From Welwitschia mirabilis (taxonomy: Eukaryota): a DNA stretch of 44,402 nt. The notes below the pieces were generated by a model. It searched no databases and had not been told where the DNA came from. It was given only the letters and a program-made list of their open reading frames with translations. The translations under genes were made by a program, and so were the position numbers. How positions within the stretch are numbered: position 1 is the first letter of the stretch; every line of letters begins with the position of its first letter. Location of the stretch: the NCBI GenBank assembly GCA_051453625.1, contig JBOZIK010000001.1, positions 14,681,907-14,726,308 on the forward strand. The letters run 5' to 3'. Below are positions 1 through 12,199 of the stretch, piece by piece.

Positions 1-294
1 AAGTTACTTCACAAAAAGTTTCAGTCTAATCAACTTATCTTTTTATATAATACTAGAGTACATCTTTTAAATAAAAAGTTAACCTCTAAATGATTAGATC
101 CTTATCTTATAGAGAGAGTGCATTCTAATGGCTTTGTTGAGATTTCTAACTTAGAGACTAAGGATATTTAGAAAGTTAATAGATAAAGGTTAAAACTATA
201 TGAAAGACCTTCTGATGCAATCTTAAACATGGTAAAGGTACTTGTTTTGGAGGTTTCTCTTAATGAGGAGGATTTCCATCCTATCATTGTCTAA
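1..294 (+). pseudogene. Ty3/gypsy (Athila-like) integrase C-terminus (GPY/F region), degenerate
   Basis: Frame 1 reads KKFQSNQLIFLYNTRVHLLNKKLTSK*LDPYLIERVHSNGFVEISNLETKDI*KVNR*RLKLY, matching the Athila/Tat motif KEF.[36 protein letters not shown]......FKVNGQRLK.Y; several in-frame stops. Confidence 0.85.
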
Positions 295-3089
295 ATTCTT
301 TCTTAGCTTATTCCTTTTGTGGATGGTATGATGTCACCTAATCATCTTTTAAACTTGACTTATATGTTGCTTTATGAAGTTGTCATGACTACTATTCATA
401 CTTAGACATTTTACAGTGATAATATTGAATGCACCTAATCTTGAGACATTCCCTTATTTATGGACTATGAGGTCTTTGGTTGTCTAAAAGTGTTCTTTTC
501 TACCTTTTATCTCATTTATTTACCTTCATCTTTTTGAGTGTGAGATCATATGGGAATTATTTTTAAAAAAAGAGAGAGAGAAAAGAAAAAAGAAAAAAAA
601 CAATGATGATGATCAATTGTATTTATGCTTAAAGAAAAATACATGTTCACCATGACGTCCTATCACACAGGGGTAAATTTTTCTAAGAGGAATCTTTGAT
701 AGTATTGGTAGCTATGGGAACTCTATTAGGAGGTTAGTTAATGATGCTTCATAGGTCCTAACTTCTCTGACTATGGTTTTACTCTCCTAATCATGGAAAA
801 TTTGTAATAAACTTTAAAGCTATGAGATCAGTGATTTTCTTAGTGTTATTAAAGAAATTTCTTGTTTTCTAGACTCTTAGTATTTCCACATGATCATTTA
901 ACTTTTGAGGGTTTGGATGTGTTTTTGGTATGTGAGCAAACGTATTCATTTCTGAGTAGCTTTTGATCTTATCATTCATTGTTCTAAACACTTGAGTTTT
1001 TATATCATCATAATCATTACCCTTTGGGGTGGAAATTTATAGAGTTTATACACTTTATCAAGCATTTTTACTCAAACAGCTTTATAATGTCTTCCATCAG
1101 GGTTTGTTAGATTAGAATTTAGGATAAGTAAGTAATCTTCTTCATGTTACTTGTGTCCATTTTTGCTATGCTTTTATTTGGTTCTTTTAGTTTATTATTT
1201 CATAGTCATTTCCACATTTTCCCATTTTAACATAGGACCTTATCATTTACTATTTTTCTTATTGTTCATTCATGACATATCATTTTCATTTAGCATTAGA
1301 ATTAAATAGAAAATATTTTATGTTTCATAAATTTTATGATATTCCTTATATCTTTTAGAGTTCTATGCNNNNNNNNNNNNNNNNNNNNNNNNNNNNNNNN
1401 NNNNNNNNNNNNNNNNNNNNNNNNNNNNNNNNNNNNNNNNNNNNNNNNNNNNNNNNNNNNNNNNNNNNTTATGATATTCCTTATATCTTTTAGAGTTCTA
1501 TGCTTTATCTTATTCACTTTTTTAGTTTAGACACATTTATTTAGTCTTCATTGATAAGTTTTAGTCTAGTTAGTCTTTTTTCCTTTATCATAGTTTTTAT
1601 TTAATTTGATTGTTTTACTTCATCCTAATTTCTCATGCTTCTTTCTCATTCCCTCTTAGTTTGATCTCTCTGATAAATTTTGATACCTTCATGATCACAT
1701 CTGAGCCTTAGTTNNNNNNNNNNNNNNNNNNNNNNNNNNNNNNNNNNNNNNNNNNNNNNNNNNNNNNNNNNNNNNNNNNNNNNNNNNNNNNNNNNNNNNN
1801 NNNNNNNNNNNNNCTCTGTCATAGTTTTTATTTAATTTGATTTTTCTAGTTCATCCTAATTTCTCATGCTTCTTTCTCATTCCCTCTTATTTTGAGCTCT
1901 CTGATAAATTTTGATACCTTCATGATTACATCTGGGCCTTAGTTTCTTAGCTAACATATTTATTTTTGCAAAAATTTTTTAACGTTCCATTATCTACCTA
2001 GTTATCTAGATGACACAGGTAGATGATAGTTTGATTTTTTTTGAGATTCATCTTAGGATTATTGTCTAGATGATGTGACTACATGATAAGTGATAAAACC
2101 ATAGATAAATCCTTTCTTACTCATTTTNNNNNNNNNNNNNNNNNNNNNNNNNNNNNNNNNNNNNNNNNNNNNNNNNNNNNNNNNNNNNNNNNNNNNNNNN
2201 NNNNNNNNNNNNNNNNNNNNNNNNNNNTATCTAACATATTTATTTGTGAAAAAAAATTTTAATGTTCCCTTATCTACCTATTTATCTAGATGACACAAGA
2301 AGATGACAGTTTGATTTTTTCTGAGAGTCATCTTAGGATTATTATCCAGATGATGCGACTGCATGATAAGTGATAAAACCATAGCTAAATCCTTTATTCC
2401 TTATTTTTCTTCATTTTCTAATCATTTTGATCCATTTATTTAAGAGATGATGAGTTCCTAGTCCCTACCATTACATTGGATTTGATCCCAGCCAGATGTG
2501 CTTCCAGATTTTCTAGTTTTCTATAAATTTCTAAAAATGAAGTATATTTTTCTCTCCCCTATTTTTTTAATTATTTTTCTAATTTTTCAGCCTTTCAATG
2601 TATAGTTTTCACATATGTTGATCAATTTTTATGCTTTTCGATTTGGAACTTACAAATTTGATTTTCACCATGTATTTTAAAAGTTATGATCAATTATGGA
2701 TTTTATGAGAAAACTTTTTTATCTTTCACACTCAATTTCTTACAAATTGTAGGTCAAAACATAGTGGTCCTATAGGTAAATTAATTAGTTCAACATGTTC
2801 TATGACTTTATCAATTAGTTTTTTTGTTTAAACACTTTAAATTTTTACCTTATGTGGGGCGAATTAAAAAACTGTTTTTTCATTTTGTGTGCATTTTGTA
2901 ATTTTATTCTCATGACTAGGTAAAACGAGATATATTGATACCTTTAAAGGAGAGCAGTACATATTTTCTTCATTTTCTACATTTTTAATCAATTTTTTGA
3001 TCACTTTTGAGCATCCATGTAACATATTTAGCTTGTCCATCCAGTCTTACAATAACATTTTTACATATTTTTGACTAATTAGACCTTAT

Positions 3090-4150
3090 ATGCATAGAGA
3101 TAAATAGGCTAAGGCTGAGGCCAAAGCTATAGAGTAATAGATGGACCCTTTAGTGCCATCATAGGTTGAGCATCTAGAGCCTTTGCATCCCCCACCTTGA
3201 CATGGATGATCACTTACTATTTAGATAGACACTATCTGTATCAAGCATCATTTTAGATATTTCATGAGTAGATTAGAGCCAAAGGTTGATTAGAGGCTCT
3301 TATATCTTTAGTTCAAATGGATTCTGAATGCATATAGAAGTTATTATATGTTTAAGATTAGGAAATTCTATGACACCATTCATATCAAGCAATGGCTAGC
3401 CTGTTGTGGTCACCTCATTAATATGATTGTAGCCTCTAGTTCAAGACCATGAAATAGCTATACTCCTAAGCCATATTGCAATAGTTATAGACTTAGGTGG
3501 TGTTGGAATCCTACACATTCATTTAACTAGAGGTATAGAGGAGTAATACACATATAGTATAGCACTTAACATCCCAGCAGATTTGATGCTCGATAGATGA
3601 GGAGTATATGTTATTTAGTTGACCCCCACATATAGAGTTTTACACAGAGGGCTGATTCATAACATCAGCACATTATTTCATAATAGCCATGTAATGGTTA
3701 CCCATTTACAAATTTTGATAGCTTTCAAATAGAAAAATCATATGAATTTATCTACATTCATATGGGAGAGACTCAATTCAATAGTTGATGCATGGTAGTT
3801 ACAGACTTTAGGGTACCCATACCTCCTCTCAGCTTTATTTTAATGATTTGGGATATCATAGCCAATGGGTAAGTAGTACCTTTTATACATTTAGACTTCA
3901 GCTCACTATTTTCAGGACATGAACATATAGATACAAGAAGAGGCAAAGAGACCTTAGGTATAGAGACCTATAGTTGGAGTTATACTATAGTAGATTCAGG
4001 GCCTTTTAGCAAAGATCACTAAGACCATCAACGGTTTCATTGATCATGGTATCTAGACATTAGATTAGAGGATTTAGAAATTAGATTAGAGGGTCCAGAT
4101 ATTAGAGCAGAGGATCAAGATAGTTAAGGGGAAATTCTAGCACTCTAAGA
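3090..4150 (+). pseudogene. Decayed env-like (extra) ORF downstream of Athila-like pol
   Basis: Fragments YYMFKIRKFYDTIH (~3340-3385; cf. YP.LVREFYA), LVQDHEIAILLSHIAIVIDL (~3436-3495; cf. VRG..I.IT...IA..LGL) and LGYPYLLSALF**FGI (~3808-3855; cf. LPYP.LIT.IF..FG.) occur in the expected order; boundaries approximate. Confidence 0.55.
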
Positions 4151-4428
4151 AGTAAATAATTAACATATGTCAGCGCGTTATATTCATACAGCAAGTGTGA
4201 TAGTTGATCTTCCAAGGGTAGTCCGTGTTCAAGGAGATGAGATAGTTTGCTCCATTTCTATTTCATTGGACCTCTATTTTCTTTCTAACCCTAAGCATCC
4301 TCCATCTTCTCCCCCTACACTTAATCTCATTAAACATATGGAGTTTATTATGAGACATTGAGGGAAGTGATTTTTGTCATATTTTATCTTTTCCTTTATA
4401 CATTTTTGTACTTAAAACTCATGATTTT

Positions 4429-4456
4429 ATATATATATATATATATACACACACAT
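4429..4456. repeat. (TA)n(CA)n compound microsatellite
   Basis: Direct reading; much shorter in the duplicate copy at ~4925. Confidence 0.85.
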
Positions 4457-5357
4457 CATTATTTTGNNNNNNNNNNNNNNNNNNNNNNATTCAGGCCCTC
4501 TTAGCAAAGACCACTAAAATCATTAAGGGCGTTTTTGATCATGCTATCTAGACATTAGATTAGAGGATCTAGAAATTAGATTATAGGATTTAGATATTAT
4601 AGTAGAGGATCAAGATAGTTAATGGTAAATTCTAGCACTATGAGAAGTAAATAGTTGATATATATCAACATGTTATATCCATACAGCAAAGTGTGACAGT
4701 TGATCTTTCAGGGGTAGTTCGTATTCAAGTAGATGAGATAGTTTGCTTCATTTCTATATCATTAGACCTTTATTTTCTTTCTAACCCTAAGCATCCTCCA
4801 TCTTCTCCCCCTACACTTGATCCTACTGCACATATGGAGTTTATTATGAGACATTAAGGGAAGTGATTTTTGTCATATTTTATCTTCCCCTTTATACATT
4901 TTTGTACTTAAAACTCATGATTAGATATATACATCATTATTTTGAGTATTCAACATGATCTACTTTATCTGATTTTCATGCTTATCTTTATTTTTACATT
5001 TTATGATGAGGATTTCTTATATTATAATATTTTTATTTTATTACTTTATATTTTAGAGAGGGGCTTTTAATTATGAGTTTATTTATTAATTAGGTTTATA
5101 TTTTTCAATAATAATTTTTGAGCTTGTCATCCCTCGATCATCTGAATGAAGACCCAGAGATGATATGGCTAGTAACTCGATTAAGTGAAATGTTCAGTTT
5201 TCTAATTTTTAATAATTTAATCTATATCTGTAATATTTTTGAAATTTTTTTAAAATAATTTTTTAACAGCTTAGTTTTTTTGGATAAGTTGGTTTGCAAT
5301 AATGGTTCACCACCTGGGTTGTTAGGGACTGATAAGGCTAAGTTGGGGACTATATTA

Positions 5358-6261
5358 TGATGCCATCTTGCGTGTATTTAATAGGATAATTTAAGTAGTT
5401 TTATAGGATATTAGATAGGATTATGTTAGATTGGTATGATAATGGAGAACTGAGATGAAAGATACAAAACATGCATTCTTCATGATCTGTTGTAGCATTT
5501 AAAGTAGTTTACAATATTTTCTATTTTAAAGTAAACTTTTTGCAAATATTAAAGTTGATGCATTACATGAATACTTGTGAAAAGCCTATTGTTCACCACA
5601 TCATTTGAATGATTGTATAGATAATAGAATAATTAAACCAACCAGGATGCTGACTAGAATAAATTTGGCAGATGACATGGAATTCTTATGAGGTGGCATC
5701 ATTCCCTTTATCATCCAGATGACCATCAGGACAACATTTATTATAATGCTTCACTAAACTTGGTGCACAAACTTTAACCAACTTTTACCATTTATCTTTG
5801 TGTTTCTTATGTAGTTGTTAAGGATTGTTCTTACACTTGTTTGTCTTATTTGTTTATTTATGAGTCTATTTGTCAATAAGTAATAGCTTAATTTCAACTT
5901 TATCTTATCTTTGCTTGCACAGGAAATTCTCATTATAGGCAATCGAAGGGCTAAATATCCATCCATTATAGTTGCAGAAAGACATCTTTCTTAGTATTGG
6001 ATTGTGCTTCCTCCATTGAGGTACAGCTACTTTGTAACATGGATGTTGGTTCAAAACTAATTAAAGAACTCTTTTCTATTTTCCTATGCTTATTGTGTTA
6101 CTTGTCCATTATAGTTTATGTTTCTTATAATTCCATAATAGCTTCTTCAGTGATATAGATGATGAAGGCAACCTTTTCTACATTACATTCTATATATACT
6201 ATTAAAATATGTAAGTGTTTCTTATTAAAATTAATTTACTTTCTTCTATTCTAGGCCTTCA
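5358..6261 (+). mobile_element. Probable 3' LTR of the Athila-like element, preceded by a PPT-like TAAGTTGGGGA
   Basis: Athila-type 3' signature gttagggactgataaggctaagttgggga (~5320-5349) shortly followed by TGATG at 5358; the partner LTR is outside the window, so the right end is uncertain. Confidence 0.45.
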
Positions 6262-6918
6262 ATGAATTACAACATTCAAGTCCATTCCTATCTATATTAG
6301 TATGTTATGTTGTGCAAAATCTATATCTTTTTGTGAATGATAGGATCTTCTTAGGAGCATAACATTTACACATTTATGCACTGTAATAATTCACTCATTT
6401 ATTCATTAGTTTTATAGTTAAATCCTTTGATACATTTTTCATTTTTCATCTCCATCACTTATTTTACTTTATCATCATTTCATGATAAATAATATCATAA
6501 GGCATAAACTATTTTTATGAATCAACTTTTCACTTAAAATGTTTTAGAAATAAATAAAAATAATCATCTGATATTGGTTAGTTTTTCCTTTACATAGCTT
6601 ATTTGCATTGCTTTCAATAAAAAGACTCATTAAGCATTTTCTAAGGTTATGTTCTCAAAGTGATATTAACCATTTTCATCATAAAACTTTAAGGACAAGA
6701 TTTAGTTTTGGTTAAGGGGTATGGCATCTAATTTTCACATCATTTTTCATAGAATTTATAAAATTTTAATGCCTTAATTTTAGAGAGTTAGTGATAAATT
6801 TTTCAAATATATATCATGTTTATACTTGAGAATTTTGCCTTAGATAATTCTTTCATGGTTAAACATTTTTGTTATTAATCTTTTGCTAAGAGTCTAGTAA
6901 AAGTCTAGTTGTGAGATG

Positions 6919-8085
6919 TGTTAACATGTAAAAACTCACATTTGGATCAATTTAATTAACTAATTTATCTTAATGAAAGATATTAATATATCTTATTTAA
7001 CATAAATCATCTTTTCTATTTACTTTTTCATAATAATTTTGGACTTATCATCTTTCCATGACATTTTTAAGATATTTATTTTACTTTGAAGAACATACTT
7101 TAAAATGATGAACATCCAACTCAAAATGTTAGTGCCTCCATTCAGATCATTTAGCACCATCGATTCTTCTATGAAGAATGCTTTCAAACTTATGTTTCTG
7201 ACTTATTATAAAAATGTAAGTGAAATTCAATTATGGGATTGATCAAATTTTAAATTAAAAGTAACTTATTTCTTGATCAACTGAAGGTGGTGATGCTAGT
7301 AACATGTAGTAGTGACATGATATTACTAAATAGGATAACAGTTGATACGCATGACTAAGATAGTAATTGAAAAAAGTAGCAATGTTCAAAAGCCAAGTGT
7401 TAAGATCATCCTTGTAATTTCTACCTAATGAAAGATAACAGATTCCTTACCTAATGCTACATATCATATTGTATAATTGGTTATCTAATGCTATAAGTCA
7501 GAGGATTCTAATAATCCTTCACTCCATCTTTTCCTATAAAAAAGCCTTGATTATTCTATTATAACATCTTTTATTTTATTAAAAAATAGAAACTTTGAAG
7601 TTTCAACTTATGATGGCCTTCTAAGTACTTGCTTTGGGAGGTGAGCTTACTTTAAGGATAACTTGAGAAGTCCTTTCATCTTCCTTCTTTCTTTGATGTA
7701 ATGTGCTTTTGTTAATGTAATCCACCATTGTCGTTTCTTTTTATTATTAGTGAAAAATCNNNNNNNNNNNNNNNNNNNNNNNNNNNNNNNNNNNNNNNNN
7801 NNNNNNNNNNNNNNNNNNNNNNNNNNNNNNNNNNNNNNNNNNNNNNNNNNNNNNNNNNNTTTGGGAAGTAAGATTACTTTAAGGATAACTTGAGAAGTCC
7901 TTTCATCTTCCTCCTTCCTTTGATGTAATGTGCTTTTGTTAATGTAATACACCATCATCGTTTCTTTTTATTGTTAGTGAAAAATCACTTTGTACTTTCA
8001 ATGCTTATGTAATAACTTTACTTTTAATTTTTATCATTATTTGAGTAAATTTTATAATCACCTTGTCTAAGTATTATTTAACTTA
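6919..8085 (+). mobile_element. Old copia (Sirevirus-type) LTR
   Basis: Starts TGTTAACATG and its first ~300 bp align loosely with the LTR starts at 9439/10526; TATA-like cctataaaaaagcc at ~7533; end atcaccttgtct resembles a decayed ATTCACCCCCCTCT terminus; PBS not clearly preserved. Confidence 0.45.
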
Positions 8086-8479
8086 ATGTATTTTGAATAC
8101 CTAGGTTCTTACTTCCCATTCTTGTTTTAAAGTTGTGAAGGATCAAGTGGCTCTTGAGTTCATGAACTTTTATGTGGTGAATGAAATTATGTCATCATGA
8201 TCTAAGCCATTATTAGCTAACAGTTTGAAATGGGTTATAGAAAAAAGTACAATGTATCATTGGAGTGAAGGATTACTAATGGATAAGTTAGGTGAAATCT
8301 TGAAATTTTTTTGCTTTTCTACCTTTTTAATGAAGTTTTAAAATGACACTTTCAACTTATTTTATTTTTTCTTTCTTAAATTATAATTTGTAATTAAGTA
8401 AGAGTTGTAAAACTTTCAAAAACCTAATCTAATACTGAGTGTTAACTTAGTTTAAAACTAGTTCATTGTACTCAATAAA

Positions 8480-8940
8480 CAAGTACTCAAAGAACTTCTA
8501 CCTTGATCTAGTTAGTTATTGTGATGTAGAATACATAGGTTATAGGGATGATAGGAGGATCACCAATGGAAATTACTTCTTTATTGGGGAATGCTTAGTA
8601 TGTTAAATTAGCAAAACGTAAATTTCAATTACTCTCTTAACAGTTAAAATGGAGTAAAATTCTATAGTTCTTAGAGACTTTAGATAAAGCAAACCTTAAA
8701 GGAATTCAGGTCAACCATGGAGAATAGTCTTATTTATTATGTAATAAGAGTACCATAAACATTTCAAAGAACTAATCCTATTGAGATTAGACATAACTTC
8801 CTTAGAAAGCATGTATAAAACAAACATATCATGTTGGAATATGTTAACACTGATGAGTAATTTACTGATGTTTTTATCAAATCATTAAGTGAAAAATGGT
8901 TTATCAGATGATGCTAAACTTGAGCATTGAGCCTTCTCCA
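8480..8940 (+). pseudogene. Ty1/copia RNase H (Sirevirus-like), degenerate
   Basis: DLVSYCDVEYIGYRDDRRITNGNYFFIGECLV (cf. DLVGYSDADYAG...DRKSTSG.C.FLG..LV), IKQTLKEF, NKSTINISKN, IEIRHNFLRKHV*NKHIMLEYVNTDE*FTDVFIKSL (cf. IEIRHHFLRDHV...QLADIFTKPL). Second copy of the 3' part at 9863-10027. Confidence 0.9.
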
Positions 8941-10525
8941 ACTAGGTAAGTTAATAGGTAACCTTTCTCAAATATCAACTTAACATCTTAATTATTAATA
9001 TTTTATTAGTTGACATATTAGCTATATCTTAGGTAAATATACCATGTACATGTTATTTTATTATTTTTGAAGATAGGGTAGTCTAATATTGATGTTAGTT
9101 GTAGAAGATCTTGAAATTTCTATTTTATAGAAAATACATCTTTGAAGTTGTGAATATATAAATTAAAGATTACCCTAAGACTATAGATGTCTTTGGTTAT
9201 GTAGATATCGTTGGAGATTATATACCATTTTATTGGTTTTATTTGTTTCTAAAATAGATGTCTTTATTTTTGTAGACATCTTTATCATGCTTGGTTAACT
9301 GTTAAATTTTTTATCAGAAGATGTTTTTGAGTTTTGTAAACACCTAATTTTATTTTTTTAGACATATTTTATATGATAGGTATCTTTAACATAATGCCTT
9401 AAAAATTAAAAATGCACCAAAAGTCTATTTAAATGATGTGTTGACATGTAAAAATTAGCATTTAAACTAAGTATGTTTGATTAATTTAGCTTAAGTAAAG
9501 ACATTTAAAATAGCTATTTTACCATAAAACTGTGTCTTCTACCATTTTATACATGATTTATAAAATTATGCACTCTTCTATGACACTTTTATATTATTTA
9601 CTACATTTTGAAGAATACTAAAATATGAAATTCATCTAGCAGAATACATTGGCATTACCATCTAGCTCATCAATATTGTCAGTTCTTTGGAGTAAAATAG
9701 TTTAAAAGTTATGTTCTAAACATTACTAATAGAATATGATATATCTAGTCTAGTATTGATTGNNNNNNNNNNNNNNNNNNNNNNNNNNNNNNNNNNNNNN
9801 NNNNNNNNNNNNNNNNNNNNNNNNNNNNNNNNNNNNNNNNNNNNNNNNNNNNNNNNNNNNNNTCCTATTGAGATTAGACATAACTGTCTTAGAAAGCATG
9901 TATAAAACAAACATATCATGTTCAAATATGTTAACACTGATGAGTAATTTACTAATGTTTTTATTAAACCATTGAGTGCAAAATGGTTTATCAGACAATG
10001 CTAAACTTGAGTATTGAGCCTTCTCCAAATGGGTAAGTTAATAGGTAACCTTTCTCAAATATCAACATAACATCTTAATTATTAATATTTGATTAGTTAA
10101 CGTATTAGCTAGATCTTAGGTAAATATACCATGTACATGTTATTTTATCATTTTTGAAGATAGGGTAGTCTAATATTGATGTTAGTTATAGAAGACCTTG
10201 AAATTTATATTTTATAGAAGATACATCTTTGAAGTTGTGAATTTATAAATTGAAGATTACCTTAAGACTATAGATGTCTTTGGTTATATAGATATTATTG
10301 GAGATTAGATATCATTTTACTGGTTTTATTTGTTTCTAAAATAGATGTCTTTATTTTTATAGACATCTTTGTCGTGCTTGGTTAACTATTAAAGTTTTTA
10401 TTAGAAGATGTTTTTGAGTTTTGTAAACATCTACTTTTATTATTTTAGATATATTTTATATGATAGGTATCTTTAACATAGTGCCTTAAAAATTAAAAAT
10501 GCACCAAAAGTCTATTTAGGTGGTG

Positions 10526-10855
10526 TGTTGACATGTGAAAATTAACATTTAAACTAAGTATGTTTGATTAATTTAGCTTAAGTAAAGACATTTAAAATAG
10601 ATGTTTTATTATAAAATTGTATCTTCTACCATTTTATACATGATTTATAAAATTATTCACTTTTCTATGAGAATTTTATATTATTTACTACAATTTGAAG
10701 ACATACTAAAATATGAAATTCATCTAGCAAAACACATTGGCATTACCATCTAGCTCATCGATGTTGTTAGTTATTTGGAGTAAAATAGTTTAAAAGTTAT
10801 GTTCTAAACATTACTAATAGAATATGATATATCTAGTCTAGTATTGATTGCATAA
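10526..10855 (+). mobile_element. Start of the 3' LTR of the copia derivative, truncated (duplicate copy 9439-9762)
   Basis: TGTTGACATG preceded by PPT-like ttaggtggtg, about 500 bp after RNase H; similar to the LTR at 6919; abuts the minus-strand copia remnant. Confidence 0.5.
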
Positions 10856-10859
10856 ATTA

Positions 10860-11770
10860 GAAAACTTACTATTCTTCTATCTTCAATTTCATTTCCAAGT
10901 TCTGAATATTCGATAGCAGATATCTTAACATTTTTTTCTAAATGTATTACATTTTTTTTTTCTGCATTTTCTAGTTCAAATTTCTAGATTACATCTCCGA
11001 TGTATTCTTTTATGTTAAGAATATTCCATTCTTTTACTAAATGAATTGTATAATTAAGTAGAATCTAATTAATCCAAGATTAAAAATCTTGAATTCCTTA
11101 CTTAACACAAATATTATTCTTTTGCATCTTCTTCATCACTTTTGCTTATTAGCATATCATCTACATATATTAGTATATGTATAGGTTTATACCTATTATA
11201 TTTTATGAATAATATGGCATCCACATTGCAATAAATACATAATAAAAATCCAATAGAACTTAAATAATTTTCAATCTTAATGTACCATGTCATTAGTACT
11301 TATTTTTGCTCATATAGAGGCTTGATCAATCTATACATTTTATGTTCTTTATCTTTTTCTTAAATCCTTGTGATTGCATTATGTAAATTTTATCTTTTGA
11401 AACTCCATTGAGAATGAAATCATTATTTTCAATTGATTAATCTTCCATCTTCTTTATGTTTTTAAGACAATCATTATTTTAATGGTAGCTAAATTTGCTA
11501 TTAATAAAAAGAAGTCCTTGTAATCAAGTCCTTTCTTCTGTTGTATGCCTACAGCAATAAACTAAGATTTATGTTACTCAAGGACATTATCTTCATTATA
11601 TTTATTATAGAAAATCCATTTATTAGATAATATTATATGCCCTAATAGAAGATCTACCAACTCTAAGATACCATTTTCAATAAGATTATTATATTCTTCT
11701 TGCATGACTTTTATCTAATAATCATATCAAATGGCATTATTAAATGAGATGGGTTCAGCATTTAAGGTCA
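10860..11770 (-). pseudogene. Ty1/copia reverse transcriptase, degenerate and truncated before RNase H
   Basis: Minus strand: MQEEYNNLIENGILELVDL, HKS*FIAVGIQQKKGLDY (cf. YKARLVAKGYSQKEGIDY), KMYRLIKPLYEQK*VLMTWY (cf. KVYRLKKALYGLKQAPRAWY), ILIYVDDMLI at ~11147-11176, LSKEFKIFNLG, GIFLT*KEYI. Confidence 0.9.
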
Positions 11771-12199
11771 AGCGGAGCTTGCCATCATCATGATCATGAG
11801 ATTTATGTGAGTCATGTCTAGTTATTATTTAATCCTTCTCATCATCATGAACATCTTAGAAAGTAGACTATAACCAAGTATTTCGATGTCATCTCTAAAT
11901 AGTATTAGCTTCTTTAATTGAAAAACCTACCAAATTACTATTAAAACTATGATTAATAATGCTAATAATACTAAGTTACTCAATTCCTATAGGTTGTAAA
12001 ATGAATGTACTAATAAAAAGAATTAAATCATTAATGATTACCACATTTACCCCTTTACCCATAGGACCCCAAGCATCTAATATGATTAGTAGGTTAGAAT
12101 AGGAAGAAGCTTTTAAGGATTAAGCTAAAAATTATTGTGTGAAGTATCTACAAATACAACATCACAAGAAATAATGATTTTACAATACTCATAAAAATA

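Noticed and set aside
4167..4361. 64-aa ORF
   Set aside because: Start codon and frame are not preserved in the duplicate copy at ~4660-4860; no motif.
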